Source of the DNA: Moniliella sp. 'wahieum'
Taxonomy: Eukaryota
Assembly: GCA_003971905.1 (NCBI GenBank)
Contig: RSEE01000107.1
Location: forward strand, 62,001-126,000
Direction: 5' to 3'
DNA length: 64,000 nucleotides
This document shows positions 49,808 to 62,501 of this stretch, piece after piece (positions within the stretch are counted from its first letter, which is position 1; every line of letters begins with the position of its first letter). Below the pieces are notes generated by a model. The model ran no database searches and was not told the origin of the DNA. It saw only the letters and a program-made list of their open reading frames with translations. A program made the position numbers and the translations under genes.

Positions 49808-52800
49808 CTAAGCGCGCAGCACGCCCGACAGACGGCGGCGCAGCGAGGGTTTCTTCTTGCGGCCTTCGCGGAGGGACGGGGTGAATTGGCCGGGATAGCC
49901 CATGCCCTCACCCTCACCTTCACGCAAACCCAAGGCCGGGGTGGAACTGGCTGCGCGGGAAGTAGGAGAAAACAAGACGGACGCGGCCTTGCGCAGCGTG
50001 CCGCCTCGTTTGCCCCGAGCCTGGTGCGTCCCCGTAGCAGGATAGAGTAACGCCAAATCGTCCGTGTCGAGCGTACTGGCATGCCGATCGTACGAGCCCG
50101 GGGCGTAGTGGTACGAGCCGCCGTACAGCTGCACCGCCGACCCAGGCGAGGCGGCCAAGCCGGCCGACCGCCCGTCACGCGAATCGGGCCAGAGTAGGAC
50201 GAGTAGCGAGACGGTGCACCGTACTCATTGTACCCACTGTGGTATCCGCCATGATGGGAACGGTACGAACGACGACCAAACTCGCTCGGACCACGCAAGT
50301 CTTCCGACCGTCCGCCCAGGGAACGTCCTGCATCCGACCGTCCGCCCACAGAACGACCTGCATCCGACCGCCCCGCATCCGACCGGCCCATGTCGGACCG
50401 ACCGCCTGCCGAACGGCCGCCGCCCGAACGGCCGCCCACGGACCGACGTCCCGACCTGGCGCCGCCCGAGCGCGCGCTGAACGACCGAGCGTCGCCAGAG
50501 CGGTCGGTGGCCGACGGCATGCGGGCAACGAAGCCAGAGCGGGAAGGGTCCGTGTCCCAAGCTGGGGAGGAAGCCAAGTCATCGGCAAACGTGCCTGGTC
50601 CGCGGGTGGAGGAATGACGGCTGCGACGGTCGCGGTGGCTGCGTTTAACCATGTCGCGGCCTGATGCGGCATTGGGGTGACCGGGAGGCACATAGGCGCG
50701 CGCACGGGCCAAATCGTCCATGTGCGCTTCCGTCGTATCGAAAAACATATCTTCCGACGAAGTGTATCCGTCTTCCGATTCGTGCGTACCAAACCGGCCC
50801 AACCCGCCGGCCGCCGGCACGGCTGGCTTGGCTTGGATCACGGGCATCGAGCGCGTTTTCTGCACGTCGGGCTGCTTCGGCGGCGGGGTGGACCGGTCGG
50901 TCCAAGCGGGATCCGTGGGTACTGTACCCGACGAGTTTCGATGCGCCAACGACAACGATCCCGATCGCGCTTCCATGTCGTTCGTCCAGTCTTCCCGCGC
51001 AGGACTTGTCTCGGAACGTCCCTGTCCGGCATAGGGAGAGGATGCAGCTGCGTACCCACCTGCTGCACCTACCGCAGCACCTGCCGCTGCCATGGCCACC
51101 CCACCATTCTGCCCGGCAGGATGGGAGTGGTGGTGGTGCTTGCCCGCGCGATGACGTTTATGCGCAGACGCAGGCGCAGCGGCCGGAGCCAAATGCTGCT
51201 GGGCTTGGGCCGCGGCGCGGTCCAAGGGCACACCTTCAATTTCATGAGCGGCGTACGCGTCGCCATAGAGCGTCAACCAGTCACGTTGGGCAATGGCCGA
51301 CTCCGTCTTACGCTCCACCTCGGCCACGGACGCGCCAGCTTCCAACTCATTGATTTCCCGCAGCAACGTGGCATAGTGATCCCGTCGTCCAATCACGTGG
51401 CGCAGCAACTGGCCGTCCTTGGTCTTGTACACCCAGGTGACTCGGCCCAAGCCATCGAGGGTGCCTTGACGGTGGTAGATCGTCTTGCCGCGTACATAGG
51501 GCATCTTGTCAAACGCTGCTACACGCAACTTGCGCTTGAGCAGCGCGCGTTCTTTCACCACCTCCGGGTCTTGCCCCTTGGTTTCGATCCAGCGAAGCGT
51601 CGCCGCTTCAAACTGATCGGCCAGCTCCATGTACGCTGCGACGAGCCGGTCCCGTTCGGCCGTGTCCAGCTGCGCATCGTTCTCCCCTCAACGGGTTCAA
51701 GGAAGCTGAACGAATCCACTGCTTTACCGCCCACTTCTTCGATCAGGCGTTGGGGGGATGCGGTCCGCAAAGTCACGCGCCGTCTTGACAAACACAATCT
51801 GGACCGCACCACCGGGTCCAGCAACGGCGAGAGCACTTTCCAGATCCCCGAGAAGATCCAGGGAGCAGCGTAAAGGTAAATAACGCCAAGCGACTCGGGA
51901 TAGAAAGCCTCGAGACACTTGACAATAAACAGGACACAGTTCCAGTCCATACTAGAAGGAAAACACACCCAGGTCAGTTACTAATTACGGGAGACAGGAA
52001 CGGGAACGGGAAAACGAGGACAATCTCCACTCACTTTTTGATTCCAAAGCCTTCAAGGGAGAAAATAATCACGACCTTTCTTGCGGGGGCTGCATCAACA
52101 GACGGAAAGATTCCATGGCGAAAATAACAAACTTCTCCATCGACGTGCCCGGCTGACCATTGGTCAGATGCTTCTTGACCAAAATCGCACAGATGGGCTG
52201 TTCATTCAAGGCGGTACCGCAGGCAAACGTCTTGTTCTGACGTTGCTGGTCGAGGAACTTGGGATGGTCTTGCCATTGCCCAGCTCCCCCGCCGCAACCA
52301 AGGCCTCCACGCCATTCTCCATCCGCCAATTCAGCGTCGCACCACACATGTTCATCGCCCGAGACACGTCCCATTTGCGCGCACGGAGGAAACGGAGCAA
52401 GGCCCCATCTGGATCATCAAAGTCCAAAAACTGCCACGCAGCCTTCTTGAGCGTGTCACCGCCGTACGCGCTGAGCAGTTGTTCCAATTGCGCTTGCTCT
52501 TCTGCAATTCGCTGTGCCTCCTTGTCCGCATCTGATTTGGCCTTTTTCGGATCGGGCTCGGACGCAGGATCGACCATATGCTTGTGGTGGTGGGCGCCGG
52601 ATTGTTGATTTCCTTTGGCCCTGTCGAGCCATGAAAAGTACACCTTCCACATCTCACGCAGTTTGACTTCTTGCTCTGGTGTGAGCGTTGGCTGTGCCTT
52701 CGGGCAAATCAAACGCTTTGGATTCAACCTCCTTGGCAGAGGGACCGCCCAGTTCAATATACTTGTACTTGCCCGGCTGCCAACGACGGACCTGGGGTGC

Positions 52801-54589
52801 CGCATCCGACGACCCTTCCACCCCGTTTTCCATGGAAGGTTCGCGGTCGTAGTGAGAAGTGGCAGCCACCGCACCTACTCCTGCCATACCAGCCCCGGCC
52901 GCGATACCTGCAGGAGCAGCAGCAGCAGCAGCGGACTGGCCTGAAGGGTGAGGGGCATTCCGGGCCTGGGGGTGAGCGGCGGATGGTGCGGCCGCTGACT
53001 GCGATTGGCCAGGAGGCGCCGTAAAGTCGTATTGGACACCCGTTAGGATGCCTTCCGAACCGCGTACTTCGGAATTTCCTTCGACCTGAACCGCCCGCTG
53101 CGGGTCGCCATAGAGAGCAACCCAGTCACGTTTTTTGGCTGCTGCTTCGGATGCGGCCTCGACCTGGGAGGAAGACAGGCCCTTGGTCTCCATCTCGTAA
53201 ATCTCGCGGCGCAAGGCAGCGGCGCACGAAGTGCGGCCAATAACGTGGTACTTGGGTTGGCCATTGTTGATGTACGTCCAGCGGTGACACCTTGACCATC
53301 AATTACGCCCGAGCGATGATAGCACGTCAGGCCCCGGGTGTAGGGCTCCACGTCAAACTGGGCAACGCGGAGTTTTTTGAAGAGCAGGTTGCGCTCCTCT
53401 TCGATCGATGGGCTTCAACAAGGCAAAAAAGGTAAGGCAACGTCAGTGGGAAAGGCATGGAGGGAAAAAAAGACACGAAGAAAGGGTCACATACTCGGTG
53501 CCGTTGGTGTCGATCCAGCGTTTGGTAGCCTCCTCGTACGCATTGACCAAGTCTTGGTATCGCTGAAGCAGTTGAGGTTTGACCGTCGTGTCCTTCTGCT
53601 TGTCGTTCTCGCCGGGAACAGGCTCGATAAACGTGAACTCGCTTGTGTTGTTGCCGCCAAGCGAAGCGATCATATGATCGGCCGGTACATTGGCAACGAC
53701 ATCCTTGGCCGACTTGGTGAACTGGATCTTGGACCGCACCACTGGGTCGAGCATGGGGCTAAGCACTTTCCAGATGCCGGAAAAGACCCAGGGCGCATTG
53801 TGCACATACAGCACCGCCAACGACTCGGGGTAAAACGCTTCGAGGCACTTGACAATGAACAAGATGCAGGACCAGTCCATGTTCTTGACCCCAAACGAAG
53901 TCAAGTCGAAAAACATGATGGCCTTGTCACCTGGGGGCTGCATCAGGCAACGGAAGGTCTCCATGGCGTAAATGACATACTTCTCCATCGACGACGCCGG
54001 CTGGCCATTGGTGAAGTGCTTCTTGACGTGGATGTAACAAATGGGAATGGGGGCCACATTGGGGCCGCCGGCTGCGCCATTGGAGTAGGTCTTGCCCGAG
54101 CGTTGCTGGTCGAGGAATTTCTCAATGTTGGCGCCATTGGTCAGATCGCCGCTTCGACGAGCTCCTGCACGCCATTGTCCAGGCGCCACTTGAGGCAGCC
54201 GGCAACATGCCCAGGGCGCGGGTCACGTCCCACTTGCGAGCACGGAGGAAGCGGAGGCAGATGCTGTCGGGGTTGTCCATCTTGATAAACTCCCACAGGG
54301 CGCGCTTGAGCGAGTCGGGGCCGTACGAGTCGAGGAGGGCATTGAGGTTGGCCTGTTCTTCCTGGATGCGGGCCGCTTCTTTGGCAGCATCGCCCTTGGG
54401 AGCGTTCTTGGCGTCGTGGGCGGCGGTGGCGGCGGAGGAGGAGGCGGCTGCGCCGGTGCCCGTGGCCTTGGCGACCCAGTCAAAGTAGCCGGCCCAGAAC
54501 TGGCGCAGCTTCTCGGTCTGGGTGGGGGTGAGGTTGCCGGCGTAGCCGTCGGCGATGGGCATGGGGCCCATGGGGATCTCGTTGGACAT
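49808..54589 (-). CDS. Sec14/CRAL-TRIO lipid-transfer protein (Csr1/Sfh2-like) with two tandem CRAL-TRIO modules
   Basis: Two copies of LTPxQxxKLR.W, PD..LLRFLRARKWDV, H.TNGQP..SMEK, MDW.C.LFIVKCLEAFYPESL, APW.FSGIWKVLSP.LDPVVRS, RG.T.YHR.G and RDW..LYGD, followed by a disordered tail. Confidence 0.9.
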
Positions 54590-56404
54590 GGGGGAAGAGC
54601 AAGCGGCGTGGCCGCCAGCAACGCGAGCACGAGGAGGGGGGGTGGGGGGGGGGGGAGGGGGAGTGGTGGGGGAGGGGGAGGGAGAGTGGTGGGGGGGGGC
54701 GGGGAGGGGGCGGGACTGAAAAGGGACGAGGAGGGGAAAGATGGGGAGCGGCGGAAGGGCAGGAGGATGAATGCGGCCGCTTGGGGTGGCCCAGGGAGCG
54801 GGAGAGCGGGCGGACACTGGTGCGGTGCGGGAGCGGCTTTCAGCTGCGGCGGATGCAAGGGCGATGCAAGGGCGATAGGGTGCACATGCCTGCCTGCAAA
54901 ACGGCGGCGAGGCAGCCGGGCACTGCGTGCTGAGCAGCGGTGCGCCAGAGCGCTGCGGTGCGGTGGGGATGTGCCGCCGCCCGAGCGGGGTTGGTGGCCA
55001 GCGGGGCAGCACAGGCGCCGTGGGAGCCGCGACGCAGCGTCATTGCGTCATCCTCATCCATCTGTGCGCAGCGCTCAGCGGCAGGGACCGGCATGTGGCA
55101 ACCGCAGCGCAGCACACCAGCATGCCCACCCGTGCTCACTAGCGTCTAACCCCGTCCGCCGCACCCTACGTAGCATTGCGTCTGGCAATGCGCAACCGAG
55201 GGCACCCCCACGCGCCACGCCGCCTCGCCTCCGCCTGCGCGTTTCCCTCATCGATGGGATTTCTTCTGCGCATCCTGGGCAGCCCAGGCAGCATCCCCTG
55301 CGATCGACTACCCCCCCTGCCGTCGTCATTAAGCATTGCCCGTGGCCGCCCAGCGCCGCCTCCCAGGCCGCATTTCATCGCTCTGCTCTCACATTGCTCT
55401 GCTGTCGATTAGTACCTTTTCCATCCCGCCGCGGTTGTGGGTTGGGGCGGGTGTGGTGCTGCTGTGGGCGCCAGCAGATCATGGATCATTCGCACTGCGC
55501 CCCGTCTGTATCAGTCCCTGGCCCTATCTCCCATCCACAGCCCAGCAGCCCAGCCGGGTGGCCGTGACGAAGTTGCTTACAGTGGCCTAGTGACCAGCCA
55601 GTGACCAGTGGCTACCGTCTCTCCCCACGGCCCCACCCACACTCTCGATTCGCGTTCGCATCTCCAGCCAGTTGTTGTGTGAATGAAGCAGCGTCCCTAT
55701 TCCACATGGAGATGCGCTGAGCAACGGAGCATGTGCAGCGTTGAGTATGAGTACGTTAATAAGGTAAAGGTACGGAGCTATCGTCGTCTATCGACTATCG
55801 TTGCCGGTTACCGGTTAGCGCTTAGAAATGTAGCGACCAAGTGGTGAAAGTCAGATCTGAGAACAGAGAGATCGGAGATCGGTGAGATCTGAGATCGCAG
55901 AGTGAATGATTCATGAATACTGAAGTTCCCCACGCTCTTTCACCTTCTTTCACCCGCTCTGTTGATCTACTCGTCATCGATCACCCATCATCACTATGTA
56001 ATCACGCATCCCGAGCACCGGTTGCATCCCCGCCGCCCAACCCTGCCGGTTGTCTCCACCTTCTGAAACCCACCCACCCATCACCTGCATCACCTCAGAA
56101 CGCCCCCCTCAGGCCTGAGGCCAATTAAACGCTAAACGTTAAACGTTAAACGTTTACCAGGGACGCGCCACTGATGTGCCACAGCCGTGTTTTCTTGTGA
56201 AAGCGACTAGCGAGCCTGGGAAGAGCGCCTGGGAAGCGCTGCGTTTTTTCATTTCCTGTCTTGAGCGTCATTATACCGCTGACAGGCGAGATGTAGTAAG
56301 CGCAAAATAGAGGCGATGAGTATTGTGCAACGGCAAGAGGCATATATGGAACGGTAGACGATCAATGAATGTACTGAATGTTGAACGTCCACTTAGTATA
56401 CTAA

Positions 56405-56458
56405 GATTCAGTACTCTCGATTCAGTACTTTCAGATTCAGTACTTTCAGATTCAGTAC
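56405..56458 (+). repeat. ~15-bp tandem repeat GATTCAGTACTTTCA x~3.7
   Basis: Directly visible. Confidence 0.85.
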
Positions 56459-57781
56459 ACCATGCAATCCGAGCTCTGAGTCCTGAGTGTCCTCAGTTCT
56501 CAGCAAGCTGAACTCGGCGTGACTCAACGTTGCGTCGCGTGCATCGATTGATGATCAGATGAAGCAATAGTCGCACTACTGAGTGAATAGGTTGAGATCT
56601 GAGACAAGAGCGTACCGGACAGACATGTGCGAGAATCTGTTGTCCTGCGCACAGTAGGATAGCACACTGGCCAGATGAAGCATTCTCTCTGAATTATATG
56701 TGGCCAGCCGGGGGTGGTGGTGTTAAATGGTAAGTTGGCGTTCGATTTGTCCGTAGAAGGGTGTGTTCCGGGTTTGCCTTGCCCCCGCTCTTATTTCCGC
56801 TTCTATACCAGAGCTGCCGTCTGCTGCCGCGGGTGCATACTGATGCGCTGATGCGATGGCCGAGAACGGGGAGAGGCAAAAAAACCCCACAAAAGTAAAT
56901 GATTTTGCGCTTTTTTTCTCCTTCCTAAAAAACATATTTGTCCGTGCACCGGGCTCAACAGGGCTCAATTGGAACGCTCAGGACGTTCAGGTACTCAGTT
57001 GATCAGTAGCGCTCGGGTCCGCTGAGGCCTTAGAGACTCAGTACTCCCTCCGTACGCCGTACTCCGTACTCACATTATGTCACTACGCAGTATTCAATAC
57101 TACTCCGTAGTGAATCATTCATCATTCATCCCCAACAACTGTGGGGTACGTACACGCTTCTCGTCTTAGTACACCCCACAGAGAGAGGTTGGCATCGACA
57201 ACACACTTGCTACATGCCTCCGTTCCTCTCTGTCAGGGAAGGCCGATCCGCTCCCCATTGAACAACGTTGAACGTGAACGTCGAATCCAACACAGCGACT
57301 TGAATCCTCTGCCACCAGTGTAGTTGTGGGCTTCCAGTGTTTTGGGGCGCTTTTGTGTTGGGTCAGCCGCGACGTCCGACTTGTGCAATAATCGAGACTA
57401 TTCTGCCTTGGGCTGTATATGTTTTTCTCGTGGCAAGACGTGAGGTGTGAGGTCACACCTGAGACTCAGGTGGGGGTGTGCATGTGATGTGTGTGCATGT
57501 TTAATGATTAATGAGAGGCCGAGGCCTGAGAGAGGCCCTCAGCCCACACTTTTCTGATTGCTTCGGCCCCGCTTCTTCTACTCCACAGTTTTTTCTCACG
57601 ACAACTCACCACCTTCTACCTCTCTCCTTCGGTTGAGATCTGAGAGAACTTTATTTCCCCTCTCTTGTCTCGCTCCGTTCCGTTCCGTTCTCCCTCTTAC
57701 TTTCTCTCTACTTTTGCATGTGCATCAGTGCATCAGCAAACTCAACCAATCATTAATCAATCCCGATCGATCACCTGACCT

Positions 57782-59021
57782 GGTGAACTTGCCCTGGATG
57801 TAATAGCCGTTTCGTTTCGCGGGGAATCTGTTGCGACGGTAACTGGCTTCACCGACCGCAGTGCACTTCCGGTCTCATTGGCCCCGAGGCTCCGCGGACT
57901 CCGAGGACTGCTGATGCGCGCGTACTCGCATAAGCCAACGACTAGTAGTCTTCTCCTGTAGCCCTTGTCCTGCTTCCTACCACCAACGCCTATCTCTCGC
58001 CCGCAATCGATCGCCTACGCTACTGTCCTAAACGCTTCAGCATCCATTGCGGTCTCCATAGCCGAGTGAACCAGGACGTCGCTACACATCTCGGGACTGG
58101 ATCCAGTCGCATCAACAGCAGAGAGATATATGAGCAGCCCCCGTTCCAGTCCCAGGTGAAGACCGGTGTGATGTGGAAAGTGCAATGTCCTCAGGGCCCA
58201 TGAACCGATCAGTCACTAGTCTTGAAGTGTGTGTCGACGGTGGCTGCACCACAGCCAGTCTGATATGGAGTTGCACCATCAGAAATCGTGGATACCGTAA
58301 TATAACGTGGAGATGCCGTAATAGTGATGACCTCGATGACCGTCGGATCCGTAGCTACCGCACAACCAGTGGCAGATATCTACATCAGTTCTGCCGCCAG
58401 GACTCTCATTGCATATTCCACTGACGAGGAAGCACGGGCCAGCGAACCTGGTTGAGCGCACAGGCTGAGCCTAGTACGCGATCTCTTTCGGCCTTCTTTC
58501 GGCCTTACGCCTTACCCCCGACACATTTTATTGCTCCCACTGAAGCATGCAAGAGGGCTTAGCGTTTCGGCCCATTGCCTGCGCCGGGAGTGTAGAGGTC
58601 CCTGTTTTTATGTGGATCAGCCGGTCCCTTGGCAATTCCATCTCCTCGTTGGAGTAGAGATACGAACGCCAACTCGTCCAATGAGTCAACAAGCGTGAGG
58701 ACATTGAAGCCTTTTTTGTGATGGGGATCCAGTGTCATGGTATGGGGCTCTCGGCGGATTCTTGCATCCGATGTAACGCCCGATATACTGTGACCAGTCC
58801 TGGCAACTGTGATGACGGAGCTCGCACCTACCCTCTTCCAAGCAAGGATCGTAGAGCAGTCGAACTCACACCCGGTGGAGGTCCAGCGGGCAAAATATCG
58901 ACCTATATACGTGTCATTTGGGCTACATTATTGCCGTGTCCCCTTACCTGTTCATATATGTTCTGCTCTTACCCAACACGTGTTGAATTCATCTCCACTG
59001 GGGACCGAGGACAGCTAGCCC
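57782..59021 (+). ncRNA. candidate large highly structured non-coding RNA (~1.25 kb), class unknown
   Basis: More than 15 mutually nested helices found by eye (see findings), wobbles mostly G-U on +, no recognisable ORF, followed immediately by GTATGT at 59022. Confidence 0.55.
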
Positions 59022-60078
59022 GTATGTTTTCTTCCCCCCCCCCCTCGGCATTCGGGAACGGTCATTGTGATAATAGCTCCTCAACAGTATATTAGTGCCC
59101 TCTGTCCCGATCCCGCTGTTCTTCCTCTAGTACTTCGTTCCTGGTTTTCCTTGTAGTCTTCCTTATTGCAGTGATGGAGACAGAAGGGTTCGTATAGTGA
59201 CATGTTTTCCCGCACGATTATAGTATGACCTTCCCCATTGGGACGTCTTTCTTGTTCGCCTTAATTGGCAAGTAATTGATGTTGGCGTTTTACTTATTGA
59301 CCTTCTTCGCCACACCATTGATTGATATCGTCTCCACCATTGCTCATCCATACGGTACAGACAACTGCACCTTCTCCATATACTAGGTTTGCCTCTATCC
59401 TGCGTTCTCCGCCTAGGCACATCTATCAGACTCACACGACTCAGGACGGCATGCCGTGCTAAGGGGCACTTTTTTGGCCCACTATATAGGCTCGTGTGGG
59501 CCCCCGGGTGTGAATTCTTGTTAAAGAGGACAAATGCCTACAGAGAGAAGGAGAGGGAGGGAGAAAGTGGCGGATCTATTCCAAGAGAGGAGCCCGTTAT
59601 GTGCAGAACATAGGGGAGAGTTGGATAGAACAGCGTGATGTGTGATGTGTGATCAGCTGCATGCATGACGGCACTGACAATCCTATATCACGTAGGAGAT
59701 TTGCCCTCTCTTGCAGATGTGGGCCCCCTGTTCCATCTGCGGGGTGGGGCCGAGAAGGCACACGAGGCATATACACCTTTTTGGGAGAGAAGAGGGGACC
59801 AGATACAAACTGAGATGGCCAGGCGACGGGTGTTGCGCTGGGCAGGATGGATGTGTGGCCCGTGCGTGGCTGGCGAGGGAGGTCACGTGCGTTGCGTCAT
59901 GCGTCACCCCACTTTAGGGCGGGCGTGGGCGTGTGGGCGCTGATGGCTGCGGCGGGCTGGGGCGGGCGAGAGCACGGCGTCCACAAGTTTCCCAGGGCAG
60001 CTCCACTCCAAGGGCGCCGCCGCCGCGTCTGCCTCCACTCGCCCGCTCGCCACCCCGCCCTCCATCGCGCCTCCCGCC

Positions 60079-62501
60079 ATGGCTGCCCAGCCCACGCCGC
60101 CCGCCGAGCCCATGGAGCTGCTGGCGGTGCCCGACGACAGCCACCTGCAGCTCGTCCTGCGCTCCCACGACGCCGCGTACTACAGCCCGCCTCCCACTCC
60201 CTCTCCCTCCGCCTGCACCCGCGCGCCCCGCCCTCCAGCGCCCTCGTCCGCCCGCCCTACCCGCCGCTCTCCTCCCCCCCCACCGAGCCCGGCCTGATGG
60301 CGGGCTCCTACCCCGCCTACCACCAGCTCCAGCTCAACCCGCGCGACGACCACTCTTCCCCGCCGCCGCTCTGCCCCACCTGCCACCGCCCCTGGGCCTT
60401 TCAATCGACTATCCTGAGCCCGATGCGCCCTCGCCCCCTCCCGCATCCACCAGCTTCGGCTTCCCGTTCCAGTCCCAGTCCTCCTTTACTGCCCCCAACT
60501 ACTTCCGCCTCCTCGAGGCTGGCCCGCGCGTCGAAAGTGATCCTCCTGCCGCACCTGCCCCGGACCCATGGGCCTCCCTTCCCGGTCCTGGCCGCATCTC
60601 TTCCCTTGACGACGAGGGCCACTCTGTTCCGGGCACCCCACGCCAATCTTCCAGCCCGCACCGGCCAACGTCGATTGACGCCTCCTCCACCGCTCCGGGG
60701 TACTACCGCCGTTTCTTTACCCAGATCAAGAAGCTGGGCCGCGGCGCTCGCGGCCAAGTGTATCTGTGCCAGCATGTGCTTAATGGCAACAAACTCGGGG
60801 TGTATGCGGTGAAAAGATGCCGTGGAGACGACCAGCAAGTCTTGCTCGACAGTTTGAAAGAGGTCTTGTTGATGGAGACGCTGCAGCACACCCAACATTA
60901 TTCACTACCAACATGCTTGGATTGAGAATGCACAAGCCTCTACGTTTTCCCCCTCGGTACCTACGCTTTTCATTCTCATGGCCGCCGCCAATGGCGGCTC
61001 TCTGGAAGAGTACGTTGCTTGGCTCCCTCGCTGGAATTGGGGTTTTCTTCGTGGGGTGCATGCCATGCCATCCTATCCATCGTGCCCTTCCCGTCCTGAC
61101 CGAGACTGATGCGATGCAGTTGGATCACGAGCCGGTCCGGTCGTCCGCTCGACTCGGGTCCGTCGACGCCCGTGGCGAGTGGCCTGGCCAGTCGTGCAGA
61201 AAAGCTCAAAGCGGCCTTCCGACTACGGCGACGCGCTCACACCGCCCCGCAGGCGTGGCGGTCCATTTGCTGCGGGAAGACGAGGTGCTAAGTCTCGGGC
61301 GGGACATCATTACGGGCTTGGGGTTCCTGCACAGCAAAGGGATTTTGCATTTGGATGTCAAGCCTGCCAATTGCCTGTTGCACTGGTCGGAAGATGCCTT
61401 GACGCCGACGGTGCTTCTGTCGGACTTTGGTTCGAGCGCGCTGTTGCATGACAATTGGCGCCGCCGACGGTCCGGCCACACGGGCACAATGGAATTCATG
61501 GCGCCCGAAGCGGTCCGGGTCAATGCACGTACGGGCCTGCTGGACGAACTGTCGGCCAAAGCGGACATTTGGTCGTTTGGCATGATCCTCCATTTGCTCA
61601 TCTTTCTCCGGCTGCCCTACTCGCAAGTAGAAGATGTGGACCAATTACGAGAAGAGATGCTGACTTACAGCGGGTGGCAGGACGAGTATGTTTTTCCTCC
61701 CCCTCGCCCCCTCACCTTCCACACATTGCTGCCACACACGCTAACCTGCCCGCGCATACAGAGCGGCCGAGATGTTAACCAACCTGCACACGTGTCAAGT
61801 CTTTGTCCCGCTCCTGGCGCGGCTACTGCAACTGGACCCTGTTGCTCGTCCTTCGGCCGAGGAGATCCTGGAAGACCTGCAGCGCCTTGCACAGGACTGC
61901 GGGCTGGGGCCGAGCGAGGAAGAGTCGGATGCCAATCGAGACCATGTACGGGAAGAAGCGCGTCTACGTCGACGGCAGCGCCAGCGACGGCACACGTTAA
62001 CCCGGCACCCGGCGTCAACGCCATTGGGACCACGATTGCTAGGCAGTGCCCACGCACAAGAACAAGAGCAAGAGCAAGAGCAAGAGAACGAACCATTGTG
62101 GATGACGGCCGACTTGGCTATGCACCATCCTTTGGTCAGGTACCAACAAGAACGTATGGGCTTGGTTGTGCCACCTGATCCTGCCGCCCCGCTGTCCCCA
62201 TCCTTCTCCAAGACCACGCGTCTGACCTCAACAACGTCCACCAACATCACTCCTACTACCACCGCCACCGGTTCAACCACCGACGGTGCGCTGTGTCCTG
62301 CTCCTCTTTCTCGTGGAAAAAGTCGGGGGGGACCTGTACTGTTACCCGCAGCGCATCCGCGAAGGAGGCGACTACGTTTTTCTCTTGGTGGCTCTGGCTT
62401 CGGTTTGGGCGGGCGGGCGCGCGGCGTGGGTCTTGTTCCCCCTCGTGCTCGTTGGAGCGGTGATACTGGCGTGGGCAGGCGAAGGCAGCTGTTCGGTCTG
62501 A
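60079..62501 (+). CDS. IKS1: IKS1-like Ser/Thr protein kinase with C-terminal hydrophobic segments
   Basis: CPTCHRP and NYFRLL N-terminal motifs, GYYRRFF..LGRGARGQVYLCQHVLNGNKLGVYAVK, HLDVKPANCLL, SDFG, GHTGTMEFMAPE, KADIWSFG; two introns. Confidence 0.88.

Noticed and set aside
57782..57810. TPP riboswitch-like GAACTTGCCCTGGATGTAATAGCC
   Set aside because: It lacks the conserved UGAU and CCAGCG, and there is no properly spaced upstream CUGAGA.
58503..58515. CCTTACGCCTTAC as a telomerase template
   Set aside because: It has the terminal-repeat shape but would imply a GTAAGGC telomere for which I have no evidence; similar micro-duplications are common in this genome.
1488..62501. Frameshifts in nearly all genes read as pseudogenes or programmed frameshifting
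   Set aside because: They affect essential housekeeping genes uniformly and are mostly single-base losses, often in homopolymers, which is typical of uncorrected long-read error.
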